Shown here: positions 1 through 9,160 of the stretch, piece after piece
How the letters are laid out: the number at the start of each line of letters is the position of its first letter
Position numbering within the stretch: the first letter of the stretch is position 1
IMG/VR virus record: IMGVR_UViG_3300032266_001037
Coordinates: 1-43,341 of that record
Source of the DNA: a virus
Taxonomy: Duplodnaviria > Caudoviricetes
Reading direction: 5' to 3' (one strand)
DNA: 43,341 nt
The notes under the pieces: generated by a model
Told to the model about the DNA's origin: nothing
The model's database searches: none
What the model saw: only the letters and a program-made list of their open reading frames with translations
Position numbers and translations under genes: made by a program

Positions 1-1
1 A

Positions 2-1474
2 AGTCGATTTGACCCCATGACCTCTCTAGAAATAGACCCAATGGAAGCAACCATACCTGCGCGCAATACCCTGCGATATCTAACTCATACCTTTGCCACA
101 GAGGGTATCGGTAGGGGACTAGAGGAAATGTCAATGGTGGGCACCCAGCTTACCTCGCCAATTGCCCACGCGATATCTGTTACCAATAACATCGTTAACA
201 ATGCAGGTGTGCTTACCACTGTGGAGTCTTTACTCAGACGTAAAGGAGAGAATGCTGGTACGTATTTCCTACGCAACCCATTTTCAGCAGGGCAACAGTT
301 TAATACCGTAGAGGAAGCCGTCCAACACGCGCGTCATTACTTCTATTACTTCGATGACTCAACCTACCTAGATAAGACTCTTAGAGAATTCGTTATCCCG
401 TTCTATACCTTCCTATCTAAGAACGTTCCTGCTGTCGTTCGATATGCGGTCAGGCATCCGTCTAGGTTTATCGCCCACCAACGATTGTATTCATTGGCAA
501 ATATGCCTGCAATGAATGAGGAAAATATCAATGAATCAAGTGTAGACCAATGGTCACTCGACAGTAACCCTATCTATTGGAGAATCCCTCATGGTCGCTC
601 TGATGGCAGTGACGCATACTACGTCCTACCTATGGCATCGATTGACCCTGTGCAATCAGCCGTGTCCATGATAAGCGCGGGAACTACTGAAGTTCTTAAT
701 GCAATGGGTATCTGGAGAGATACCAGAACATTAACCACAGGTGAGAGACTGAATCGTAACCCATGGTCAGAGACACAGACCAACAGACTGTTCAAATCTG
801 CGTTAGACCAATCTTATAGTTACTACTCCGCTGCCGTACAAACTGTATCAGGAGAAGGCACAGACCTATCTGGAAGGTCGCTAGACAGTTCTTCTGAGTT
901 CTTGGGTATAGAGATGAATAACTTCACTCGGATGTGGTTAGAAGCGCTTCTACCTATGACCTCTACCCTCAATCGATATAATCCTGGTGGGTTTAGAGGA
1001 ACAGCCGATAGATACAATCCCCGTACTGGGGAATGGACATTAGGTAGACCCGGATGGTTGGGTAATCGAATGTCTGGTGCTGACCAGTTCAATAATGAGA
1101 ATCCTTATTCACCTCTCATGTACGCTGGAGTCAAAGTGTACCCAGTAGATGTGTTCTTGAATATGGGACGTTCCGTTGATGATATCCGTATCTCGATTAA
1201 TGAAGGGGTGAAGTTTGAACGTACCCTTAGAGAACGCGCGCTCCTACAATCTAATCCAGATGAAAGGGATAGGTTGAATGCACAAGCGGATAGAACTCAT
1301 GAGATACTTCTGCAAACACGGGAAGACCTAATCAAACTAGAAACATTCATGAGAAGACAGGGATTAAACCCCCAACAAGCTTATGACAGACTGAGAGTAC
1401 GCAACGTTAGAATAGGAGATTTACCTAACAATGGCATCCCGACCGAACAGCCAACCTCTGAACAAACGCAATAG
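2..1474 (+). CDS. C-terminal part of a large virion (internal/ejection-type) protein, 5'-truncated by the window
   Basis: Frame is open from position 2 through the ATG at 17 to the stop at 1474. It lies at the end of the plus-strand virion module and probably belongs to the ORF that starts at 42346 and runs off the right end. Confidence 0.7.
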   Translation, partial: SRFDPMTSLEIDPMEATIPARNTLRYLTHTFATEGIGRGLEEMSMVGTQLTSPIAHAISVTNNIVNNAGVLTTVESLLRRKGENAGTYFLRNPFSAGQQFNTVEEAVQHARHYFYYFDDSTYLDKTLREFVIPFYTFLSKNVPAVVRYAVRHPSRFIAHQRLYSLANMPAMNEENINESSVDQWSLDSNPIYWRIPHGRSDGSDAYYVLPMASIDPVQSAVSMISAGTTEVLNAMGIWRDTRTLTTGERLNRNPWSETQTNRLFKSALDQSYSYYSAAVQTVSGEGTDLSGRSLDSSSEFLGIEMNNFTRMWLEALLPMTSTLNRYNPGGFRGTADRYNPRTGEWTLGRPGWLGNRMSGADQFNNENPYSPLMYAGVKVYPVDVFLNMGRSVDDIRISINEGVKFERTLRERALLQSNPDERDRLNAQADRTHEILLQTREDLIKLETFMRRQGLNPQQAYDRLRVRNVRIGDLPNNGIPTEQPTSEQTQ

Positions 1475-2189
1475 GGGAGAAGGATACAAACTCGACGAGT
1501 TACATACCACTCCTAATACTGAGGGCAGTGGTACCATCTATGACCGATTATTCTTTGAATCGTTGTCTGGGGATAGCCGCGCGTCTATCCAGAAGTCAGT
1601 ATCCACTGCTGATAATGGTGCGTATGTGGATACATACGGCAAAGGTCAAGTCCCTAATATGGATGAGATATCCAAGATACTGATTGGACAAACCTACATA
1701 GGCGCGGGGACTTTCACTATCAGTGGTTCTATTTCTACTGGGGTTGTGATGACGGATTGTTGGACAGGGCAATTCAATTATCTCAATGGGTTAGGGACTG
1801 CCAGTGTAAATGGTGCTGTTTATATCGCGCCTATTAGTGGTCTAACAACAGTATACGAATGGACACTGAATGGTACGGTAGTACTCACGGGAACTAATCC
1901 CATCATCACAGACATGAGAGCGGGTATCAGACAAGTAGCAGCAGACTTAACCACTGTAACCTACACATTCGTTGGTACCAATCGGATTAATAATGCAGGA
2001 GCGGCTGGTACATCTCACACAATCCTCCCCTTTTACTCTCACTACATTCTGACCTATCTCCCTGGAACAACGGCTTATATCCAACCTACTATTGCATTGG
2101 TAACGAGCGGTACTAACCTCACAGCAACGTTGCAGACGGCATACTTCCAAGTGAAACAAGTCACATTCCCTACAGCGTATCTACGGTAA
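1431..2189 (+). CDS. Putative virion protein (tail fibre/receptor-binding candidate), 252 aa
   Basis: AGGAG upstream of the ATG; Thr/Gly-rich, beta-strand-like composition; last gene of the structural module before the terminator. Function inferred from position only. Confidence 0.5.
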   Translation: MASRPNSQPLNKRNRGEGYKLDELHTTPNTEGSGTIYDRLFFESLSGDSRASIQKSVSTADNGAYVDTYGKGQVPNMDEISKILIGQTYIGAGTFTISGSISTGVVMTDCWTGQFNYLNGLGTASVNGAVYIAPISGLTTVYEWTLNGTVVLTGTNPIITDMRAGIRQVAADLTTVTYTFVGTNRINNAGAAGTSHTILPFYSHYILTYLPGTTAYIQPTIALVTSGTNLTATLQTAYFQVKQVTFPTAYLR

Positions 2190-2206
2190 ATAACCGACGT
2201 AACACC

Positions 2207-2251
2207 AAAAAAAAAATACCCCCACTACCGTAATGGTAATGGGGGCATTTT
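2207..2251. terminator. Bidirectional intrinsic terminator between the convergent late and replication modules
   Basis: A10 run, then stem CCCCCAcTACC / GGTAaTGGGGG, then TTTT; lies between stops at 2189 (+) and 2253 (-). Confidence 0.85.
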
Positions 2252-2252
2252 G

Positions 2253-2471
2253 TTATGGGTATAGGGTATCTAAAATATCATCTTGGATACGACGAATATA
2301 TTTTAGATACTGGTTTGTGGTGACCTTAACCTCATCAGGTAGTACTGGTTCTTTGTTCACAAGGAACTCGACTATGTCTTTGAGTAGGACGTAATCTACA
2401 TACTCCTTTTGTATGTACCGTGGGTAGTGATATTCGTAGCCACCGTTCCGTTTTACATCAGCAATAGACAC
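2253..2471 (-). CDS. Hypothetical protein, 72 aa
   Basis: GTG start after GAGGAG, directly following the nuclease stop. Confidence 0.65.
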   Translation of the reverse strand: MSIADVKRNGGYEYHYPRYIQKEYVDYVLLKDIVEFLVNKEPVLPDEVKVTTNQYLKYIRRIQDDILDTLYP

Positions 2472-2472
2472 C

Positions 2473-3474
2473 TTATTCTCCTCTCTGGTATTTTTCTAAC
2501 ATGTCTGGAATGTTTTCTGGGTCATAGAAGTAGTAACCAATGTCCTCATATAACTTGAGGAGTAGTTCATTGTACATCCCGTGTGGGACTCTGTAACCCG
2601 CGACAATGGTGTGACCATTTTCAATGGTGTATTCGTAGCACAAAGGAATCATAGGAGAGCCGTACATCTTGCGAGGGACAAGATATCTACCCGTGTGCAT
2701 CTTCTCTCTTAACTCTTTCATTGGTTCTACAATACCAATGTTAGATGCTACGTCTACCCATGAATTACATTCATTCCATAAACTGATTACCTTTCGCGCG
2801 CGGTTTATGATGTCACTTGTATCATCTGGAATGTTATAGATTAACAATTCAGAGGTCGCTTTGTTTTTGACAACAATCACAGCCTCGTTTAAGCCCAATG
2901 CCGCTCTATACAACGCGGTCTGGGTGATGTGACCTCTGGTGTCTGACATCTCATTCATAAGATACGGGATGTCATCTCCATACATTCCAATGACTTTACG
3001 TTTATCGCGCTCCCGTTTCAGTCCTTTGAAGTAGTTATCTGATGCGGTCTTAGTCTCGACTACGACATCTATACCATCTAGACGCACAACAAAGTCACAG
3101 TGACCTAAGACTCCGTTGAAGTTTACCGCCATGTCATCATCAGGTGATAACACGCGCGTTACGTCTACTCCAGTATGGGTTAACCAAGTGTAGTAGTCTG
3201 CTTCAAACACATCTCCGTCATGGAACAACTGATAGATACGATTGTCACACTCCATTTCATAGTACTCTGGGTAGAACTTCCTACCCAGAGTATCTAATGC
3301 GGAATTCCCCATACAAGATAATCGAATGGACTGACTCTCTAATTTCCTATCAAACAATTGCCGATGGATTGAACGAGAGTACAGATACAGCGCTTGATTA
3401 ATCGCCTCCTGTTTAAACTCTGACAAATTTTTGTCGTAGGGATATAGCCTAGATATTCTGGGTAGGTCTAGCAT
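2473..3474 (-). CDS. PD-(D/E)xK Cas4/RecB-like exonuclease
   Basis: GHCDFVV...VVVETKT (motifs II/III) and QTALY (QxxxY); adjacent to an ERF gene. Confidence 0.8.
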   Translation of the reverse strand: MLDLPRISRLYPYDKNLSEFKQEAINQALYLYSRSIHRQLFDRKLESQSIRLSCMGNSALDTLGRKFYPEYYEMECDNRIYQLFHDGDVFEADYYTWLTHTGVDVTRVLSPDDDMAVNFNGVLGHCDFVVRLDGIDVVVETKTASDNYFKGLKRERDKRKVIGMYGDDIPYLMNEMSDTRGHITQTALYRAALGLNEAVIVVKNKATSELLIYNIPDDTSDIINRARKVISLWNECNSWVDVASNIGIVEPMKELREKMHTGRYLVPRKMYGSPMIPLCYEYTIENGHTIVAGYRVPHGMYNELLLKLYEDIGYYFYDPENIPDMLEKYQRGE

Positions 3475-3475
3475 T

Positions 3476-3949
3476 TTAGAATACCGTTTTTGCTTTTTTG
3501 GTTTTGGTGGGTGTGGGAGGCTTTGGTGTCTCTTCTTTTACTTCGTCTTGTTCATAATCCACTAGATAGCCCCTAGTCAGTCCTTGCACACCTGTGCCAT
3601 ACAGGAATCCTTGATATACCGCGTCTCCAAACACGGTATTTCCGTCACTGTCTTTGCTAACAGGTTTGACAAATGCAGTTAATAACACCTTAGACCCTTC
3701 TTTTTTAACAGGATGGAATGATATCCAATAGGATGCGTCTACCCTTTCATCCCCTACAGAAGGTGCGCTTAGGAATCCACCAAAATATACCCCATCAGAT
3801 TTGTTGGTATGTTCTTTGATTAGACCAACGTAACCGTGACCATCGCACAATACTATAAACACCTTACGAAACGTACCGTTTTCAGTTGTACCAACTATGG
3901 ATAATTCCAACTCACCAGCATGAGTAATCGTATCAGATTTAGTAGCCAT
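3476..3949 (-). CDS. Hypothetical protein, possible ssDNA-binding protein
   Basis: GGAG-preceded ATG at 3949; beta-rich body with a charged/Pro-Lys tail ending in Phe; located between ERF and the exonuclease. Confidence 0.45.
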   Translation of the reverse strand: MATKSDTITHAGELELSIVGTTENGTFRKVFIVLCDGHGYVGLIKEHTNKSDGVYFGGFLSAPSVGDERVDASYWISFHPVKKEGSKVLLTAFVKPVSKDSDGNTVFGDAVYQGFLYGTGVQGLTRGYLVDYEQDEVKEETPKPPTPTKTKKAKTVF

Positions 3950-3960
3950 AAGATTCTCCA

Positions 3961-4464
3961 TTAATAAAGGGGTTGTGATTTAGACGCGCGCTTATTTGTG
4001 GGTGTCACGGATGCCGATGTGGAGTCTGACACATCTCCCCAACCCTCCTCTGCAAGTTCGTCCTCACGGGAGACCAAACCTAGGAGATACATTAAATCCA
4101 TCCTACACCAGTAGGAATGTTGCGCACCAGTGGAGCGGAAATCAGTAGACGAGGTTATTGTAGTAACCCCATTTTTCTCTAAACTCTTGTTTACCGTGAC
4201 TGGACTCAGTGTCCGAGTGCTACTCAATTTTTCATCCGTTTCAACATCGCATACCTCAGTGATTAAATTGTATTCTGAATCAGACGAAGGTGTAACCCTC
4301 CATACAACACAAATAGATAGTTCATCCAACGTAGCTTTTATTGTATCCCACAATTGGCGCTGTGTGACGTAGTTATATGTGGAAGTTCCTGTAATTGTTG
4401 ATTCCTTATCTTTGATAAGGTCAACAGCCTGTTGCAGCATTTTAATCTTTGCGTAGATTGACAT
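3961..4464 (-). CDS. ERF-family ssDNA annealing protein
   Basis: N-terminal SIYAKI..QQ, YNYVT, and the ERF-like signature GAQHSYWCRMDLMYLLGL..ED (compare GSxxTYxxRYxLxxxFGI..DD). Confidence 0.75.
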   Translation of the reverse strand: MSIYAKIKMLQQAVDLIKDKESTITGTSTYNYVTQRQLWDTIKATLDELSICVVWRVTPSSDSEYNLITEVCDVETDEKLSSTRTLSPVTVNKSLEKNGVTTITSSTDFRSTGAQHSYWCRMDLMYLLGLVSREDELAEEGWGDVSDSTSASVTPTNKRASKSQPLY

Positions 4465-4642
4465 CACAAAACCTCTCTGCATAATAAGTTGTTAAGTCTT
4501 TCAAACTAGAAAGCGCTGCCATGAGACTCATAATTGTTAGGTGCTGTTCAGTTGGTAGTGAATTATCACTTAGCAACCCATCAAAATCATCATGCAAATC
4601 GTCTACTAAATCCATTAGCTTTTCTATTTCATCACACATCAT
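4442..4642 (-). CDS. Hypothetical protein, 66 aa, helical
   Basis: Tightly packed ORF in the operon. Confidence 0.55.
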   Translation of the reverse strand: MMCDEIEKLMDLVDDLHDDFDGLLSDNSLPTEQHLTIMSLMAALSSLKDLTTYYAERFCDVNLRKD

Positions 4643-4853
4643 CGTTATTGTTAACCTCAGTAATCGTGTTCAAAAAAGACTTAACCGTGCATAGGTGTGA
4701 ACTCTGAATAAGTAACACTTTAAGCATTCTACGTTTATCCTCTGAATCATTGTTAATTAGGGAAGACCCCAACTGACTTTGAGCATCGGATAGTAGATAC
4801 ATCGCTGTGCTGACGTGTTCAATCGCATTTAGTATTAGCTCGTTCGTATCCAT
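4632..4853 (-). CDS. Hypothetical protein (probable start MDTNE)
   Basis: ATG overlaps the polymerase stop (TAATG). Confidence 0.55.
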   Translation of the reverse strand: MDTNELILNAIEHVSTAMYLLSDAQSQLGSSLINNDSEDKRRMLKVLLIQSSHLCTVKSFLNTITEVNNNDDV

Positions 4854-6727
4854 TAGTGTACCTCTAACCAATTGTATCCTACTCCAGGAGTTCCACATAC
4901 AGGAATGTATGGGAGCATGTCCATGTTGTTAAACGCTGTCGTAATGACCATTAAAGCCTTGTCTAGGTTCTCCTCTGGCACTTCATACAATAACTCATCA
5001 TGCACTTGAATGATTAACTTGCAATCTAGGTCTTTAAGACCTCTCTTGCAAACCAACATAAGTATTTTGGCAATATCTGCTTCCGTGCCTTGTATGACTG
5101 CATTAAATGCCTGACGTTCACCTCTGGCAAGGTACTTGAATACCTCTCGACGGGTAACAACCTCTCCAGTAGGTAGTTCTTGATTTTCCCGTGCCCCTTT
5201 ATCAAGGGTAAATGTGGGATAAATTAATCGTCTACCGTAAAGTGTGTACCCTAGTCCATCATTTTTATAGAATCCATCAATCACCCCGCGCTTATATTGA
5301 TTGAACGACGGATTCTTCTGTTCAACTTTGTCTAGTATAGAACGACCAACACTGTCTTCTACCCCTAACTTTGCCACGAATGCTCGGAAACCTAGACCGA
5401 ATATTCTACCGAACGTAACGGTTTTAGATTCCGACCTACTGATGCCCATTATCTTAGACATAACACCGTGGTAATCCCCCTCTGGTAATTCGGGGTTGTG
5501 ATAGAAAATCTTAAGCATCTGTACCACATCATCAGGCAAGTACCCACACTCTTCATCGAAATACTGTGCCATCAGCGCAGCCAGTACCCGGAGTTGAATG
5601 TTCGCCAAATCAACTCCTACGAATATGTTACCTGGCTCAGGAACAATGAACTTACGGAAGGTTGCGCCTAGTTCATTCCTTTTGGGTAGTACCTGGAGAG
5701 AGGGATTCTTAGACGATATCCTTCCCGTTATTAATTCCTGTCTCCAAGACGCGCGGACTCTACCATCTGCACATACTTTTTCCTGGAATGGTTTGATGTA
5801 GGTTCCCGTTAATTTGGTGAGTTTTTTGTACTCTAGCAAGATGTCTGTCAGTTCGCAGTTGTAACACTCTAGATTTTCCGCTTGGGTATTATCTAACTCT
5901 ATATCGTACATCTCCTTATACGCAATCTTCAGGTGAGTCCCAGAGTTAGGATTAAACTCTCCATCCTTAACGAATACCCATTTACCCTGTTTATTTTGCT
6001 CTGGTAGATACGCCCCATCCGCGCGTTCCTTTTGGGTTTTGTGGTACAGCTTATCCCCAGGAAACTTAACACCTTCCACTAAATTACACAACTGCTTTTG
6101 AAGGGAATCAACCACTGGCTGTATCTCGTTCTCCCATGACTTGAGTTTAGTCTGGTCAACATACACCCCAGTACTATTCAATTCCATTACGACTTCAATG
6201 AATGGTAAGTCAACGTTTACATAATACTCCCACGCGCGCTCGTCATCCTGTAGCTGAGACAGAACTATACTTAAAACCTTCCATGTCAACTCCGCGTCAC
6301 GTCTGGCATAAGGCACCATTTCATCCGACCAGGTTTCAAAGGTCGGGGATTTAAGCTTAGGTAACCCTAATCTCTCCCCCCAAGCATTAAGGGAATATCT
6401 TTCACCGCGGTATTCTCTCATGTTGGGATTAAGGTCATACCCCATTATCATCGTGCAATGATAATGAGGTATTGATAACCCTAATGACCTCAGAACCGCT
6501 ACATCAAACGCGGCATTGTGGAACACAGGAACTCTATCTAAAATGATTGACTCCCATGTACTTTTTATTACCTCTATCGGAGTTACATCTGGTCTCCAAC
6601 GTAACTTTAATACATCACAATCCGAACCTGTAGACCATGATAAACAATATACCTCCTGTAGTTCTCCGAACGAACCTCCACCGCGCGTCTCTAAATCTAT
6701 GACTATCAACTCATCCAAGGTAATCAT
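4853..6727 (-). CDS. polA: Family A DNA polymerase with 3'-5' exonuclease
   Basis: ExoI DLET, ExoII FHNAAFD, ExoIII YARRD; TGRISS.NPSLQ; motif A DLANIQLR, motif B KTVTFGRIFG, motif C QVHDE. Probable ATG at 6727. Confidence 0.97.
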   Translation of the reverse strand: MITLDELIVIDLETRGGGSFGELQEVYCLSWSTGSDCDVLKLRWRPDVTPIEVIKSTWESIILDRVPVFHNAAFDVAVLRSLGLSIPHYHCTMIMGYDLNPNMREYRGERYSLNAWGERLGLPKLKSPTFETWSDEMVPYARRDAELTWKVLSIVLSQLQDDERAWEYYVNVDLPFIEVVMELNSTGVYVDQTKLKSWENEIQPVVDSLQKQLCNLVEGVKFPGDKLYHKTQKERADGAYLPEQNKQGKWVFVKDGEFNPNSGTHLKIAYKEMYDIELDNTQAENLECYNCELTDILLEYKKLTKLTGTYIKPFQEKVCADGRVRASWRQELITGRISSKNPSLQVLPKRNELGATFRKFIVPEPGNIFVGVDLANIQLRVLAALMAQYFDEECGYLPDDVVQMLKIFYHNPELPEGDYHGVMSKIMGISRSESKTVTFGRIFGLGFRAFVAKLGVEDSVGRSILDKVEQKNPSFNQYKRGVIDGFYKNDGLGYTLYGRRLIYPTFTLDKGARENQELPTGEVVTRREVFKYLARGERQAFNAVIQGTEADIAKILMLVCKRGLKDLDCKLIIQVHDELLYEVPEENLDKALMVITTAFNNMDMLPYIPVCGTPGVGYNWLEVH

Positions 6728-6729
6728 AA

Positions 6730-7014
6730 TCAGTCCCCATCTATCGGCTCTCCATCTGTGCAATCGGCAAGGTCGAGGGCTAAGGAAAATATTGCCCTCA
6801 AATCATCTATACAAATTGCCAGTAGATATTTGTCCTCAACCCCTATGGTGGGCAGCGTACGAATTATCGGGATATAGATGAATCCCGTTACTGAGTCTTT
6901 GTTGCCTCGATAGTCTCCTACATCTTTGAAGATGGACAATTGTCCATCCTCGTCATCTTGCACTGCAAATACTACCTTACTTTCCAGGTTGATTTCCACA
7001 TTACTACTACTCAT
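6730..7014 (-). CDS. Hypothetical protein, 94 aa
   Basis: AAGGAG upstream of the ATG; abuts polA. Confidence 0.65.
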   Translation of the reverse strand: MSSSNVEINLESKVVFAVQDDEDGQLSIFKDVGDYRGNKDSVTGFIYIPIIRTLPTIGVEDKYLLAICIDDLRAIFSLALDLADCTDGEPIDGD

Positions 7015-7092
7015 AACAAACTCCTTAGATAGACGTAAAGGCTTGCACTGATATAAGGATACACCATTTCTACTAGATTGTAGTAGACAGTC

Positions 7093-7200
7093 TTAAAACG
7101 ACACGTCCGAAGCGGACGATGTCCACACCTATACTCTGGTCTAATATTAAAACGACACGTCCGAAGCGGACGATGTCCACACCTAGATTCTGGTCTAGTA
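7093..7200. repeat. Tandem duplication of a 54-bp unit, each copy containing a GC hairpin
   Basis: TTAAAACGACACGTCCGAAGCGGACGATGTCCACACCTA.A.TCTGGTCTA.TA at 7093 and 7147; hairpin CGTCCG-AAG-CGGACG in each. Confidence 0.95.
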
Positions 7201-7788
7201 TTAAAACTCATCATCGAATTCCTCGTCAACCCAGTCATCAAACGAAACGTGCTCATAGGTATCTATAGGGATGTCGGTTAACCATTCATTTGGAATAGAT
7301 GGACTCATACTTTCTGGGGTTATCAAAGGTGCCCATTTAATGCCCAGATTCGTTGCCCACTCTCCATAATTCATTTTACGGTTAGGAACTTTCAGCTTGT
7401 AATTCTGAAAGACTATCCGATAATTTGAGAATTGTACTGGATGCTGATGGCGAAAAGTTTTTACGAGTGTGGGGAATTTGTTCTCCATCATTCCCTTTAC
7501 CTCTATCAAAATTCCGTTTAGTGTCTGGAAGTCTGGCATCCACTGATACAACCGCATCGTCCTCAGTGCCAGTAGCATCTCTTCCGTTAGTACCTTTCCC
7601 CCCACCTTCACTGGGTTTATCACATTCGTACTGTACGATTTTCTGGGGAGGTATAGATTGAACCTGGTCTTGTTCCGTTGAATCAACGGATAGTACCTCT
7701 CCATTAGACTCCGTTCTATCCCTGAATCGTAGCGTATCTTCTGACCATCTATTGTCAGATAACCCTTGTGGGCATTCTTGCCTACCAT
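7201..7788 (-). CDS. T7 endonuclease I-like Holliday junction resolvase
   Basis: YDSGIE, then PDF...ILIEVKG (PD-(D/E)xK), and YGEWA..LGIKWA, matching the gp3 pattern; GAGGTG upstream. Confidence 0.85.
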   Translation of the reverse strand: MVGKNAHKGYLTIDGQKIRYDSGIERSLMERYYPLIQRNKTRFNLYLPRKSYSTNVINPVKVGGKVLTEEMLLALRTMRLYQWMPDFQTLNGILIEVKGMMENKFPTLVKTFRHQHPVQFSNYRIVFQNYKLKVPNRKMNYGEWATNLGIKWAPLITPESMSPSIPNEWLTDIPIDTYEHVSFDDWVDEEFDDEF

Positions 7789-9157
7789 ATTTCACCTCAC
7801 TGAATGAGCCTGATAACTCATCATAATACAGAAAGACCTTACCTCGTTTACCGCGCTTGCGATTCTTTAATACATGGATACGTACTGGCTGCTTGGGGTC
7901 ATCTGGATTCTTCATTGCCCAGATGTTAAACGCGAGTTGCTCGAAGGACGAGCCAAATATCGCGTCCCGTTGTGTCGGTTCTTCATACTCCTCCCAATCC
8001 GACGGAATTTGATGTGAGTTTTTGTATTGAGCTTTAGATGGTTCTTGACTGCGCTTGTTATGAGACACTACCAAGATATGGATTGGGAATCTCTTCACTA
8101 CATCACATATCTTGTGTAGATATTTCCTAATATCGGATACAGGGTCATCCGATAAGTCAAGTAACCAGGTTATGTGGTCTATCACAAAGAAACGACATCC
8201 ATACATGATATGAGCGCACTCTATTGCCTTACATACCTCATCGATGTCTGCCCTAACCTTAGACAGGATGACCTTCTCATGCACCCTGTTGGTCTTACTT
8301 AAAATATCATCCATTGTGTTAGTGACATCACCAGTATCCGAGTAATGTATTGATTCACCTAGCATCAATGGGACAAGTTTAAGTATTTGTTCAGGAACGG
8401 ACTCCTCAAATGATATGTAATAGGGTAGTTCACCCTGCAAAGACACTTTATGCAGGAAATCACGCGCGAGGGTAGACTTTCCCCTACCAGGACTGCCTAA
8501 TAGGAGTGTCCATTCGTACATTCTGAACACACACAAACTATCTAGGTTATTAAAACCCGTAGAGATAGGTTTCCCCTCTGACTTACCAATGTGGGATAAC
8601 ATCTCACTCTCTAATTCAGGTTTTGTCCAATCAAAATCAGACACCTGAACGAGCGCGGACTCAATGATATCCTTGAATTCTTTAACCAGACCATTCAGGT
8701 TGTATTCGTAGGGGTTATCAATTCCCCCATAATCTACCAGTCTTGCTTGAGCCAACCTGAAACCTAATATTTTTCTAGCTATTTTTCCTCCATCGAATAG
8801 TAGAACAATCCTCTTATATCTGAACAACCAAGACACGTTTAATCTAAGCGCATCCTGGATATTTTCTGTGGGGATTCCTACAGAATCTAATCCCGTCATT
8901 GCATAGGCAGCTATTGTATCCCACTCATCCTCACAAACTAACAAAGTGTCTGTGGTCTTGCAGGTTTGCATCCCAAATAGCTCTGTAGAGGGGGATGGTA
9001 GCCATTCTACATCATCCCCAACTACTTTTGTTACATCCGTACCATAGGGGAAAAACACCTTACCAGGAGAGGTTTTAACCCCATACAATGACATGATTTG
9101 GATAGGAATTTTCAGCTTATCACACTGCTCTTTGGTTGGCGCGATAATTTTTTCCAT
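7382..9157 (-). CDS. T7 gp4-like primase-helicase (SF4 helicase intact, primase degenerate)
   Basis: Walker A GSPGRGKS, ISFEE, FVIDHI, VVSH, KNR; N-terminal TOPRIM remnants LFG, CEDEWD, LLFDGG. Confidence 0.92.
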   Translation of the reverse strand: MEKIIAPTKEQCDKLKIPIQIMSLYGVKTSPGKVFFPYGTDVTKVVGDDVEWLPSPSTELFGMQTCKTTDTLLVCEDEWDTIAAYAMTGLDSVGIPTENIQDALRLNVSWLFRYKRIVLLFDGGKIARKILGFRLAQARLVDYGGIDNPYEYNLNGLVKEFKDIIESALVQVSDFDWTKPELESEMLSHIGKSEGKPISTGFNNLDSLCVFRMYEWTLLLGSPGRGKSTLARDFLHKVSLQGELPYYISFEESVPEQILKLVPLMLGESIHYSDTGDVTNTMDDILSKTNRVHEKVILSKVRADIDEVCKAIECAHIMYGCRFFVIDHITWLLDLSDDPVSDIRKYLHKICDVVKRFPIHILVVSHNKRSQEPSKAQYKNSHQIPSDWEEYEEPTQRDAIFGSSFEQLAFNIWAMKNPDDPKQPVRIHVLKNRKRGKRGKVFLYYDELSGSFSEVKYGRQECPQGLSDNRWSEDTLRFRDRTESNGEVLSVDSTEQDQVQSIPPQKIVQYECDKPSEGGGKGTNGRDATGTEDDAVVSVDARLPDTKRNFDRGKGNDGEQIPHTRKNFSPSASSTILKLSDSLSELQAESS

Positions 9158-9160
9158 AAC

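Noticed and set aside
7011-7256. 81-aa ORF with an 18-aa repeat
   Set aside because: It reflects the 54-bp DNA duplication and overlaps the endonuclease end; the hairpins argue for a non-coding role.
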